64,000 nucleotides of DNA from Antedon mediterranea (Eukaryota > Animalia > Echinodermata). Below, one piece after another: positions 13,493 to 26,054 of this stretch. How positions within the stretch are numbered: the stretch's first letter is position 1; each line of letters opens with the position of its first letter. The notes beneath the pieces were generated by a model. The model saw only the letters and a program-made list of their open reading frames with translations, did no database searches and was not told the DNA's origin. The position numbers and the translations under genes are program-made. The stretch lies in contig NC_092671.1 of NCBI RefSeq assembly GCF_964355755.1, positions 35,598,304 through 35,662,303 of the forward strand, written 5' to 3'.

Positions 13493-14172
13493 CTAAGATA
13501 TCTCTATTTAAAACTATCTCTATTGCTTGAATAGTGACGATATCCTGATCCTAGTGACGCAAATCGAAAACTCCTTATTGAAAACCTGATACTTATTCAA
13601 TAAAGAATATTTAAACATATACTATACTAATACCAACTTAACTTAATTCTGACACAATGAGCACACAAACGTCATATGACTGAGAATGTTGGAGAACAAT
13701 TTATAATTAGTTTTGTTAGGCAGGCGTCGGGTAGGCTACGTATCAAAATTCAATTGAACATTAGACGAAAACTGAATAATAGAATAATTCGATACATTCA
13801 TAAAGTTCATATTTTAACTTGATTCCACATGGCATAGCCACAGATGAATCGATTTCTTTTTATTTTGACGTTGTGACCGAAAAATAATTAGTAATTTGCG
13901 TCGGTGTAATCAAAGCTAATTACGTAATTATAAGGAGAATTCGATCATACCGCCAATAAAACTCATCGTACTAGAGAAATCACTAACAAAATGAACACAG
14001 TAATCAGACCGATATGCAATTTTTACCATGGTTTATATCAACCTTTGAACTATTTTGATTTGAAATATATAGTTAGTATCTTAAGTAATTTGGTGTGTGT
14101 TTTGTAAAAGGTGGAACATATGTAATGGTTCTGCATCATTCATTTCATTTCATTTCATTTCTTTATTCGACA

Positions 14173-14482
14173 ACATCGTCGTCATCATCGTCATCATTAT
14201 CATCATAATAATCATCATCGTCATCATCATTATTATCATCATCATCGTCGTCGCCATCGTCATCGTCGTCGCCATCGTCATCGTCGTCATCATCATCGCC
14301 CTCATCATCATCATCATCAGCATCATCGTCGTCGTCATCATCGTCGTCATCGTTGTCGTCATCGTTGTCGTCATCGTTGTCATCATCGTCATCGTCGTCA
14401 TCATCGTCATCGTCGTCATCATCGTCATCATCATCATCATCATCACTATCTTGTCACAGTCTTTGGTTTCATCTTCATCATT
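14173..14482. repeat. (ATC/GTC)n microsatellite
   Basis: About 100 triplets. Confidence 0.95.
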
Positions 14483-15600
14483 TTCAACCTCACTATAGTC
14501 TTATTTATCACCATTGTTTTATTTTTGTTTTTGCGTCCTCGTCGTTCCTCTTCATCATGACAATCCGGATCACCGTGACCATAAAGAAAGGCCTAAATAT
14601 TGTTGTCATTTCCACCGTCTTATATTAATTCTACGTATACAAGAACTTCATTTTAATCCAATCCAAAATCACAATTAAAAAAGGATCGACAGTTGTTCAA
14701 AATAAAGTATAAATCTTGTGACCTTTACTCTTTGCATTACACGTCATTAGTTGACCTTTACCATTTTGTGTACACGTTTTTGTTCAGAAATTGCTGTTTT
14801 AGTGTTGCTTGAGGTTCTGACGTAATCGAATTTCGTAATTGTTTAACGGCTTTCAGAAGTTCTAACTACAGTTCCGCCCTCAACACAATAGAACTGTTAA
14901 TAGGATTACATCTAGATATTTTTGAAACACATTGGCTCTAACTGTAGCAAGAATTCGACCATTTTCGGAGATAATGAAATTTGTTTGATAAGCATTAAGT
15001 TCATTTTAGGCTATTCTGTGTTTGAAGGCGAGCTTCAAGCGGTCAATAATAAATGATAAAATGGATAAATGCACGTTTCGTCGTGTGTCGTGTTGATTTA
15101 TACATACGTCACCGTTAAGATGCTCAAATTAAGAGTACAATTTATGTGTATAAAACCATGTTAATGCTGTACTGTGTAAACAATTTGGTCCAAGTTATTA
15201 ATATATATATATTTATGCTATATAAATTTATAATGTATGTAGGCCTATTACCGATTATATTCATCAAAACATTATTGTTAATAGCTTTATTGTTTTAAAT
15301 TTATAATATGCTTTTTTCCTTCCGCAACATATTTTTCTTAATTTATACAATTCTTTTATTCTTCCTCATTTGCAATATTGTAAAATTATCTAGGCCGCCG
15401 ACTTTACCACTAATATAGAAATTCGTAAGTTTCTTTTGATTCTGTTTCTGATCCCTGAAAAAGTGAAACTTGTTGTAAATATGTGCTTGTTTTTTTTTCT
15501 TTTTTTCTTAAACTTTTTCAAATAAATGTTAATGAAATCTGAAATCTTATAATTGGAAATGGAGGATGTAGGCCTATTGTATTGTTATTGTTGTTGTTGT

Positions 15601-16005
15601 TATTGTTGTTGTCGTCATTGTTGTTGTCGTCATTGTTGTTGTCGTCATTGTTGTTGTCGTCATTGTTGTTGTCGTCATTGTTGTTGTCGTCATTGTTGTT
15701 GTCGTCATTGTTGTTGTCGTCATTGTTGTTGTCGTCATTGTTGTTGTCGTCATTGTTGTTGTCGTCATTGTTGTTGTCGTCATTGTTGTTGTCGTCATTG
15801 TTGTTGTCGTCATTGTTGTTGTCGTCATTGTTGTTGTCGTCATTGTTGTTGTCGTCATTGTTGTTGTCGTCATTGTTGTTGTCGTCATTGTTGTTGTCGT
15901 CATTGTTGTTGTCGTCATTGTTGTTGTCGTCATTGTTGTTGTCGTCATTGTTGTTGTCGTCATTGTTGTTGTCGTCATTGTTGTTGTCGTCATTGTTGTT
16001 GTCGT
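15601..16005. repeat. Homogeneous 15-bp minisatellite (CATTGTTGTTGTCGT)n, about 27 copies
   Basis: Perfect tandem units, embedded in a (TTG)n tract. Confidence 0.97.
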
Positions 16006-16074
16006 CATCGTTGCTGTTGTTATTGTTATTATGTGTATCACTACATACGTCACGTGTGCATCTTGTATGTTTAT

Positions 16075-16414
16075 CAACACGTCACTGGTGTGTTGAGTCG
16101 AGTACAGACTACATGTTGTACACATGGCAAATTAAACACGTTTAAAACCTAAACGTGTCTCTACATTGCTCAACATGTTTAACATTCAACACGTCACTGA
16201 TGTGTTGAGTTGAGTACAGACTACATGTTCTACACATTGCAAATTAAACACGTTTAAAACCTAAACGTGTCTCTACATTGCTCCACATGTTTAACATTCA
16301 ACACGTCACTGATGTGTTGAGTAGGATACAGACTAGGCCTACATGTTCCACACATGGCAAATTAAACACGTTTAAACCTAAACGTGTCTTTATATTGCTC
16401 CACATGTTTAACAT
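16075..16414. repeat. 112-bp unit x3, derived from the internal sequence of CACTG-ended family D
   Basis: CAACACGTCACT starts at 16075, 16187 and 16299. The units share GCAAATTAAACACGTTTAAAACCTAAACGTGTC with 17694-17911 and 42630-43326. Confidence 0.85.
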
Positions 16415-16806
16415 TACATGTTTAACATATCACTATACATACTACATACAGCACGTGTGCATCTTCTATGTTTAGATATCACTCTTCTCATGTTACGTCT
16501 AATTGCCAATATACCCTCCCTTGGTACATCTTACATAGTTGACTTGGAGCGATAATGATCGTACGAAATATAGGCCACGGGATTGAAATAGACAAGAACC
16601 GGCGTTAACAAACGCCGCTAGTGCCAGGCGACGAAAGTAATAAGCATTCCCTTCACACCATTGATATGTTTTAAAAAAAGGAACTGTCGCCTGATGAAAT
16701 GTAAATGAACGAAACATTCTATCAGTAACACTTGCACTTATCCATGGTTTAAAACGGACTAAAAGCTATCTCAGTTTACAGTGAGAAATGGTGGGTGGAG
16801 AGGTAT

Positions 16807-17103
16807 CACTGTAAAAATAGTGTTTAGATCTTAAACATGTATTTTGTACCCATTTTTTCCATACATTTATCCGTAAAAATGTTAGGATATGAATATGTTT
16901 AGGTTCTAAATACATTATAAACATGTAGTCTGTATCAACACATCAGTGACGTGTTGATGGTTAAAAAGCATATGTACGCAACGCTAAACACGTACCTAAA
17001 CATGTTTACTGAACATAATAGTGACATGTTGACTGCTAAACGAGTGGAGGAAAACAACATGTAGCTATAAACACGTTTAGGTTTTAAACATGCTAAACAT
17101 GTA
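16807..17103. mobile_element. CACTG-ended (EnSpm/CACTA-like) family D, one-ended copy
   Basis: Starts CACTGTAAAAATAGTGTTTAGATCT; the body matches the other family D copies. Confidence 0.75.
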
Positions 17104-17693
17104 AGGAAAGAGATGAATGCGGAGAGAATGACTGAATATAGGCCTACTTCTGGAGGCGACCTGCAAAATTGGCGGTCAAGAGCCAAATCCCCAAGCAACT
17201 CTCTTTTTTTACAGATATTAATTTATACTTCAATGTAGAACTACCGCATACGATTGGTTTATTGCATTACTTTAAATTATATTTTTTATTATATTATGAT
17301 GACTGCTTATACGTTTTTGTATTTCATATGGAAAGTCTGGAAATAATAATGTTTCACAAGATTATTGATCTGAAAAAAAATCAGTCATTCCGTGTCCATC
17401 AATAAAGCATAATACTGTAATACATGCTTTGATTAGCGATGTGGTATTTAATTTATAGTTAAATCGAAAATATCAATCAATCTTCTTCCCATTAATCACA
17501 ACATTAATGAAACCAGGGAAGAGTGATAGTAATTTCACTCTTTTCTGATAAAACCACGTTTTGATTTTTGCGTCGATACGACTGAGTATAGCGTGCAGGG
17601 GATACGGATTTGAGTTCTTTAAATTAGTTAAAATATTTACAGAAGAATATAGCTATCTTTTATATACCATCAATGCTTGCTAATGGTTAAACG

Positions 17694-17911
17694 CCCTGTA
17701 AAAACAGCGTGGGGCTCCACACAATGGCAAATTAAACACGTTTAAAACCTATATGTGTCTTTATATTGCTCCACATGTTTAACAATCACCACGTCACTGA
17801 TGTGTTGAGTTGGATACAGACTACATGTTTAGAATGTGTCTAGACACGTGTGTGGAAAAAGTGGGTACAAAATAGGCCTACATTTAAGATCTACACACTA
17901 TGTTTACAGTG
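17694..17911. mobile_element. Family D, short two-ended copy
   Basis: CCCTGTAAAAACAGCGTGGGGCT ... AGATCTACACACTATGTTTACAGTG. Confidence 0.75.
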
Positions 17912-19221
17912 TAATTAAATAAACAATGATGAACGAATATGAAATTGTTATAAAATAATTTATTAAATGTTGACTGTGCCGTTGATATAGCGCCACTATC
18001 GAAAGTATCGCTGCAAATTGCTTGAAACAGTGACATTATAGTTTCACAATTACAGACCGTACAATTTAGCAGGGGTCCAATCTTGTACGCTGTTATTGTC
18101 ACTTGGTTAGGCATAGACCAATGACAGCCCGTCTATAGATGACGTCAATATTAATGTAACGTTAACAAAATGCGGTACGAGGTTTGCGAATGCAATAAGC
18201 AAAAAGCATTCGTTACTATCCGTTGGGAGACAGCGGATGCACTCGCGAAAAGCAGATTCTTCGCCACAGAGAATATTAGATCATTTTTTGCAATCATATC
18301 GTGTTTACTTCCAGGGTAGCAACACTTTTTATATACTTCTTCTTTTAGGATCGTGATATATTTGCCATCTGTACCTGTTTCATCCAAGTATCAAGTAACA
18401 GGTGGGTTACCGTTTAATTTTATAATATTTTAACTTTTTTATAAACGATACGATAATCTGTAGTATATTTTTAGTTGTTATTTCTGTTAGGTTACAATAA
18501 GTCTACAGAAAACATACATGATGATAATATAATATCTTAAGTTCAATGAGGTCGGATTTAATATAAACTATAATAAACTACATATTAATTTTACTTTGTT
18601 ATTGTCACGATAATTTTATTTATCAAAGTATCCTCTTTCGGGATTTGCATCATAACATGTGATTTTTCTAGCGATACATGTATCTATGTTGCAATGGATA
18701 TGATTATGTACACGGCCGTAATTTTGTGATATAATACAATTTTAGTGTTCTTCGTTTATCACATAAGGGCATTTATTCTCTCGGGGATTTCTGAATTAGA
18801 AGCTGTTACATTTTATTTTCGTGAAACGTAAAGTTTTCCGATAATAAAGTATAAACTTTCTTGATTTTTCTTCGTTTAATCGAAAGAAACCAGCAGGATT
18901 TTTAGTTAAGAACACGCAAAGACACGACGGCCGCACTGGAGATATAATGGCACGTTCGTTGTATTCGCGCGCTGGTGGAAACACTGATGAAAACTGCTAG
19001 GTTTTTTTTCGCGCGCGCTGAAATACTGATAAAAATGTCACGGCTTTATTACACGTGCGCTGAAAACTGCATGGTTTTTTATACGCGTGCTCTGAAATAC
19101 TGATAAATGACACTGATTTTTAAATCATTTTCAAAAAGATACAAAATAAGTTTATCAAATCAATATAGTATCAACATTTATTTATTTTTAATTTATGTAT
19201 ATATATTTTTTTCTTTTTCGT

Positions 19222-19357
19222 ATTCGTATTTAATGTTATATCTTGGGCTGGGTCAAACTTAAAGTCTGACTTAAATGACACCCCCCTCCCCACATGATTA
19301 CTTCATTGTATGTATTATCCTGTATGTTAATATATTGTGGAAATGAATTAAATTGAA
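19222..19357 (+). mobile_element. 3'-end fragment of a non-LTR retrotransposon; second copy at about 58538-58682
   Basis: TTCGTATTTAATGTTATAT(C/T)TTGGGCTGGGTCAAACTTAAAGTCT...CCCCACATGATTACTTCATTG...GGAAAT(G/A)AATTAAATT is present twice, both ending in an A-rich tail. Confidence 0.6.
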
Positions 19358-20162
19358 AACACACAGTACCAACACTATTTGTTCCATAACTAGACCTATA
19401 TTATATACTGCATTCTTAGCGGCCTAATTGCCCATGAACCACATTTGACAGTATCGGAATTTATATATTACCACACTCATTAAAAATAGAAAATGTATTA
19501 GGAATATCATATAATTTGATCATCTAATATCATTATGCTTTTTATTAGATATTAATGCATTTATCCAGGTGTTATGTTCCCCTGTTTGTAATAAATAATT
19601 ATGATAGTAGAGCAGAGCCGTCGCACATATCGGCATGTCTGGATATGTATATAGGAGAAAATCGGATAGCGCAGCTTATATAGTCTGGCCATCTTGCGCT
19701 TATAATGGAGCAATTATTAGCAGTACGAGAATTCGCTTACTCTACGGTACTGTTTTATAGCTTGCAATATTAAACTATATTACATTAATTCACATCTTCT
19801 TGTAACGAAATTGATGCGTGAGTTTTATTTGAACGTGTCCTTTGTCGGTACTCGAGTCTTGGTAATTCAAAAAGTAGTAAACAAACGTAGAATCTAATAT
19901 AATACGTCTCAGATAACAGAAACTGCTTCATTTTTAACCAATCTATGTAATCTGTGATTCATCTATCTACTTTAATTTGATCGTCGCAATTAGTGGTTAG
20001 TGGTTCACTAGATTTAATACTAAGATTTAAATTGCCTTAAAATTAAACTAAACTATTAAAGACACGTTTATGTACGGTCGCTACAATAAATTGAACCACC
20101 AGTACAGGTTTGGAATTTGAAATTTATTTTATTAGGCCAGAATTACGTGATTACTTTGTATT

Positions 20163-20321
20163 TGCTTGGTTCCCACTAAAACGCAACGCAATGACGTAAC
20201 GCAAAGCAAAGTGATTTGACCAATCTCAAGCGATGGATTATTCGAACAGTCGCGTGTCGTTGGTCAACTCGCTTGCGTTGCGTCTACGTCCCTTGCGTTG
20301 CGTTCTAGTGAAAACCAAGCT
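20163..20321. mobile_element. MITE family B
   Basis: GCTTGGTTCCCACTA...CTAGTGAAAACCAAGCT|TTA; palindromic body. Confidence 0.8.
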
Positions 20322-22609
20322 TTATACATTTCTCTAGATTTCTAGCTAGGAAGGTTAAAGGTTACATTCTCTTGTTACAACTCCAAACTCTGGAGATTTA
20401 CCACTACAGCATTATTTATTATTATTATGGAAACATAATATACACATTATTTCATATAAAATGAAAACTGCGTATGTTTTTCAAAATTATACCATATTAA
20501 TATTTATCACATTATGTTACATACCAGTTATGATACCAGCATATTTTACTCATAAACTATTTTATCCCATTGTGACTGTACTTGTACCAAATGTGACAGT
20601 TTAAACCAAGGAGGAAATAAAATGAAGCCAAAGTGCAGTTAATTCTCATAAAAAGAAGAAAACAACTTTTAAAAAACGTTCAAATGAATTTTGTTTTTAA
20701 CGTAAAAAACCCGTAAAATAATAACGTTGCATATGTTCATTGTTTTTTTTTTAATTACCACACAAGGAACGAACACAACAATGTATACAGTCAATTCTGG
20801 ATTGTGATTGGATAATAGTTTGTGATTTATGGTTGATGAAGGGAGTTGATTGGTCAATTATGTGTGGTTGACAACTACGAAGCAAGTGATTGGTCAACTT
20901 AATTTCGTTGTTGTTTTAATACTGATTCAGCTGGCACACAATAATATAATGAGCGATATCATAATCATACTCTGAACATTTTCAGCGTAAACAAATATCC
21001 AGGTTAAAAAAATGTTTTTATCGTTTTCCCCAACGTTCCATTTCCGCGTATTATGTAATGCAGAGATAACATGTGCTTTAAATTTAGTATAGCTCTATTT
21101 TTTGTACTGATGTATTTATTTTTTAACTACTTTGAACTGTGTTACTTTAAAGAATAATGTAAATAAGTGAGTGGCAAAATGTGGAAAGTCATCTGATATT
21201 TCTCAGTAATAAAACGTTAATAGCATAAGATTCTATCTTTAGTATCTTTTGATGGCTTAATAGAATTAAATAGTTTGATATCTTCACATTGTATGTGCTT
21301 TTTGATTGGTTGTTATGCAACAACACGGTTACTTCGTATTTGTTACGGGGCGCCGTTTGGAACATTTCTCATGTTGTCAAGATAATGGCATTCTGTAGTG
21401 ACAAATGACATGACAAAATAACACTCTGTCGACAACATCTTTAAATCAATCAGAAATCAATCAATCAGAAAAACAATATTCACTTTTGCACCAAACTACA
21501 GACTATTATTATTTATTATTGTTGTTGTGGTGTAATTAGTTTTTGTCTTCTACTGGGTGACCTTTTCAGTAAAAAAAAATGTCCCAGAGTGTCCATAACT
21601 GTTTAATGGGCAATAATATTAAGTTATCCTTTGGAAAATATCTTTACAAGATACAAGAAAAACTGAATTATTTTTCTTCGTAAAAAACAAAGAAATGTCG
21701 GTTGTTAGCAAATCCGATTAAAAAGATACATATACATAAACGGGCTAAAAATATGACAAAAAATGTAAAATTATATACAGTAACCCTAGGTTACGGTGTA
21801 ATTGTATATTTTTACTTATCCCAATGAAATGTTAACAAAACGTACATGCAATCGAATGTGATGTGTTACGAAACAACTCCATTGTAATATATATGTACAC
21901 CGAGTATAAAATTGGAATTAATTTGTTAAACATCCGCTACAATACCTTCTAAAACGTTGCAATGAAATGTAACGCATTACCAATCAGTATAAATTAATAG
22001 ATTATTTTAGAGACATTTTACAACGCCAAGAAACCTGCTGTAAATACTGTTCCGACAGTGCTGTAAATCACGTAAGATTATGAACTACACACGACGCAAA
22101 ACATAAAAGTAAATGAATGGCACGCAACAGTATTTAAGCACTCGTGTCAAACCGAATGTTCATGCGAATAGTCGTTAAAACATACTATAATGCCTCGTTT
22201 TCTGCTCCAAAGGCGTAAATTCGTAAAACTGGTTTTCTAGGACGATAAATAATATACTGTTTTTTTCTACAGAAAACAACATGAAGTAAATCAATTTTCA
22301 TTCTAAAGCTGTAAATTAATTGGATTATTTGATTGATAAATAATATTTGCCTAAGTCCAATAAAATTATGTCATGGTCGATAAGAACATTAACATAATTA
22401 GTTGTTTTCTGTATAAAATGTATACTTTCCGTTCATTATCGTTCGTTAAATATGCCTACATCACAGATCCAGAAACCAAAATACTTTCCATTAAAAATAC
22501 ATATCAATATTTATTGTTATAGTCATTAGTAATAACATAACATAATGCACTTATCAATTTATCGTACATTCTACATAGGCCTAAGTGACTACTGAAAGTA
22601 CGTACATAG

Positions 22610-22765
22610 AGCTCTGTCTACACTATCAAACTAGTTTGACAACAAACAAAAGTGTGATGTTTCCAAATATAGTAGTGATATGCTCAAATATGGTAGTGAT
22701 ATGACATCATGTCCATAAGTGGGCACATCACATTTTTGTTAACATGTGATAGTGTAGACAGAGCT
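22610..22765. mobile_element. MITE family A
   Basis: AGCTCTGTCTACACTATCAAAC...GATAGTGTAGACAGAGCT|TTA. Confidence 0.85.
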
Positions 22766-23410
22766 TTAGGCCTACTACCATGGCAAAGCTTTTTCAAATT
22801 TACTAAAACCACACTGCATTTATTTGTCAGTCATATTCTTCCCACTGTATGCTTTGTTCCACACTTTAAATACGTTTAACCAAGCCTGACGACCACACAG
22901 CTGCTGAATATTTACAACAACAATTTCATTACTATCAATATTCATTAGAGAACTGATTACTAATTCCATTATCGATTAGTTTCCATCTACCTGAACACTG
23001 TGAATACCTGTTGTCTAAAAAACATCAAGACATTAGCGATTGTTATTGTTATTTTAAAGCATCGTGCATCCCGATTAAAATCGACGTTATCGGTGTACCT
23101 TTGGAGTCCTCTGTTTTCACTCTGAACACCAGAGGCTTTAAAAAGAACATTTTGAAAACAATACAATCTGCACATGTACTAATTCGATTTCCAAACAATA
23201 GTTCAAAACAATACAATAATTACATAACGTGTCAATCTGCTTTTTGCTTGATAACTGAATATATATGAACAAAATTAAAAGTATCTTTATGTCACCGATC
23301 CTTTATATTTTATCTTAATTTTGTTGCGTCATAGTTCTGCACTGAGCTATGAAGAAATGAAATGTCATGTGACACTGTATACATTCAGCAATATTCTTAT
23401 GCTACTATAA

Positions 23411-23675
23411 ATCTCTGTCTACACTTTCAAACTTTATGTGACAAAAAAATGTGATATGCCCATATATGGACATGATGATGTCATATCACTACCATATATA
23501 GCCATATCACTACCATATTTGGGCATATCACACTTTTTTGGTCAAACTAGTTTGATAGTGTAGATAGAGTTTAAAGCTCTGTATACACTATCAAACTAGT
23601 TTGACCAAAAAAAGTGTGATGCGCCCAAACATGGTAGTGATCTGTCAAACTAGTTTGATAGTGTTTGACAAAGCT
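23411..23675. mobile_element. Two adjacent family A MITEs (23411-23571 and 23575-23675) separated by a single TAA
   Basis: ...GTGTAGATAGAGTT|TAA|AGCTCTGTATACACTATC... Confidence 0.85.
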
Positions 23676-23745
23676 TTATGATAACATTTTCCTAATATAC
23701 ACTAGGATCCGCTTATTTCACCGATTGGAATCCCGATTTAATACT

Positions 23746-24071
23746 TGCACCAACAGGATTGTAATTGTAGTTTTGCGTCAGGGAGTTGACGCAAAAGTAG
23801 GGCAAAACATGTAATTACTCAACTCCCTGACGCAAAACTACAATTACAATCCTGTTGGTGCAGTACCCGCTGCTTACTTGGGCTCGAATCTAACCACTAG
23901 CCATCAGCGCAAGCTCGGTGGTCTAGAGGTATGAACGCCAGGCTAGTGATCTGGAGGTCGTGGGTTTGAGTCCCACCCGAGAACTACTTGCGAAGTATTC
24001 TCCGCAAGTATTCTCAAATGTACTTATTATAAAGTACAAATTACGTCAGAGTAGGGCAAAACATCTAATTA
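23746..24071 (+). mobile_element. Small element with an internal tRNA-like sequence, 22-bp terminal direct repeats and a 44-bp inverted duplication (Penelope-like geometry)
   Basis: Perfect inverted repeat at 23746-23789 / 23819-23862. AGTAGGGCAAAACAT(G/C)TAATTA occurs at 23796 and 24050. The class assignment is inference. Confidence 0.6.
23912..23984 (+). pseudogene. tRNA-like sequence, anticodon AGT (Thr), probably non-functional and element-borne
   Basis: Anticodon arm CCAGG-CTAGTGA-TCTGG; T arm GTGGG-TTTGAGT-CCCAC (B-box TTC changed to TTT); only 5 of 7 acceptor pairs form. Confidence 0.7.
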
Positions 24072-26054
24072 ATATAATGGTTATCATTCTTATAACCGTG
24101 GAAAAGTGAAATTGCACATTAATTTCATTCTCAATTATGATTGATTGAATAAAGTTCACAAAACGGAAACGCTATAAGACATAGTTTTGAAAGTACGAAC
24201 TCACGGTACATTCATGTTTGCCGTTTATTGAAGACGGAGAAGTTAAATTTTCAATTAACAAATCGGCGCCGTCGTAGGTGAATGCACTGTATACCTTTAG
24301 AGATAACATAGCCTATAACATATGACATGATTAAAACTAATTAATATCTGCCACACAATATACGGCTGGAATGGCACTTTTACAAGTATACTTTTAACAT
24401 ATTACACTAATCACATTCATTAACGTAACGGCTGCTGCTATGAACATTGTCAATTTTAAAATTTATATCATAATTATTCCATCTTTTAGAAGTTATTGAA
24501 CAACGTCATGACGCTTTTAAACGAGAAATCTGGGAATTGAAAAGTAATATCACAAAATGATAGGTGATGGATGTCAAGGATTTTGTCATAATAATCTTTG
24601 ATTTTTAAAAATGCCATGATTACAATTTCTAAAAATATATATAACCCTCCATGGCGGTCATTTTACTATCCAACATTTTCACGGGTTTAATGTACAGCTT
24701 CTAATTCATACAAACTGTTATAGTAATATCCAGTGATATTTTAATGTGTTAATTCAGGTTATATACAATTCGCACATAAAATACAGCTTTGATGTTGATG
24801 TACAGTGATGAACAATACGTCCCCCGAAGAGAACGTGTTCAACGTAGCACTTAAATTAATTAATATCAGCACCCTATGTTTTTTAAGTATGTTGATATTG
24901 GAAATCAAAGTGTACATATTTCCACATGGCCGTAATTAATGAGTGCATCTTGCATTTGAAAATCAATAATTTCTAAGCGAGGTTGATGGTTAAAAGGTAA
25001 AACAAATGTCACGGGTAGTATGTAAAACGTGGAACTATATCATTTTTTGACGTACTTTGCAAAATTCATACCGTTCCGATTCATGATTTATTGTGATTTT
25101 CCTGAAATTAGAAATGTAAACATAACTGAGTTAGGGACGACCTTAATATTAACAGTATTGATTTGCTCCAAGTATTATGTTGCCAATATATAATTGCTGC
25201 CTTTTAAACCCACTGCAGGGTTACTCCGTAACTGGCTATTTTGTGCCGTTCTCATCCAGCATACCAATTGCTTGGGGCAACTTCATCATGCCATCTCACA
25301 CCGTTTCTTTTATCCATACAATGATATCTTGTTCTTCTGTAATCCGTCAGCCGTGCCCAATATCATTTCTTTAATGTTAACACTTTTATTGTATCAGCAA
25401 AATTCTTCTTGCTTTCAGAAAGTCCTTGGGACCCCACGACATTTCGAAAGGATAGGACATAAGCACTATATTTTACAATTTTTAGTCCCTCACGCTCCTG
25501 GATCGGCCACTTCCAAACATACAGTACGTTATGTTCCTTTATCTGCACTAATTACCATGGCCAATTAAGTAGGGGGTGTCCGATGGAAAGGATTCTGCTG
25601 TAATTTTCTTTTCAAATTTGTCTTTCTTTTTCATATTTATATGGTGTTTTATTGATTGTGTAATATCACAATCATTGATTGAACGAGTTGTGCTGTACCG
25701 TACTCGTGGATAAATACAGATTTTATATATGTTTCCCCTTGTCACCACACAATAGAATTTCACTTTTCCTTATGCAATTTGCTTAACCAAAACCATCACT
25801 TTGAACATTATAGTGATTATATTTGTTATACTTTACACCATAAGTAGGCCTCTTTATTTTACCCGTTGTGTTCGAAGGATAAATTGATATAATAATGAAC
25901 TTTCGACACGGTTTAAAATAAGTAATGACTTTAAGCGGTTATTGAGTAATGTTCATATTTCATTACCGTTTAATATCAATGGTCTGTTGTTTGTATTGAT
26001 TATAATGGTTTAAGCTTTCAGCGTGAAGTCAGTTACACCTGCTACTCATCATCA

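Noticed and set aside
15553-16152. 199-aa Cys-rich ORF (CCCRH)n and the overlapping Thr- and Leu/Ser-rich ORFs
   Set aside because: They are translations of a stop-free 15-bp minisatellite, open in several frames on both strands, with no splice or codon evidence.
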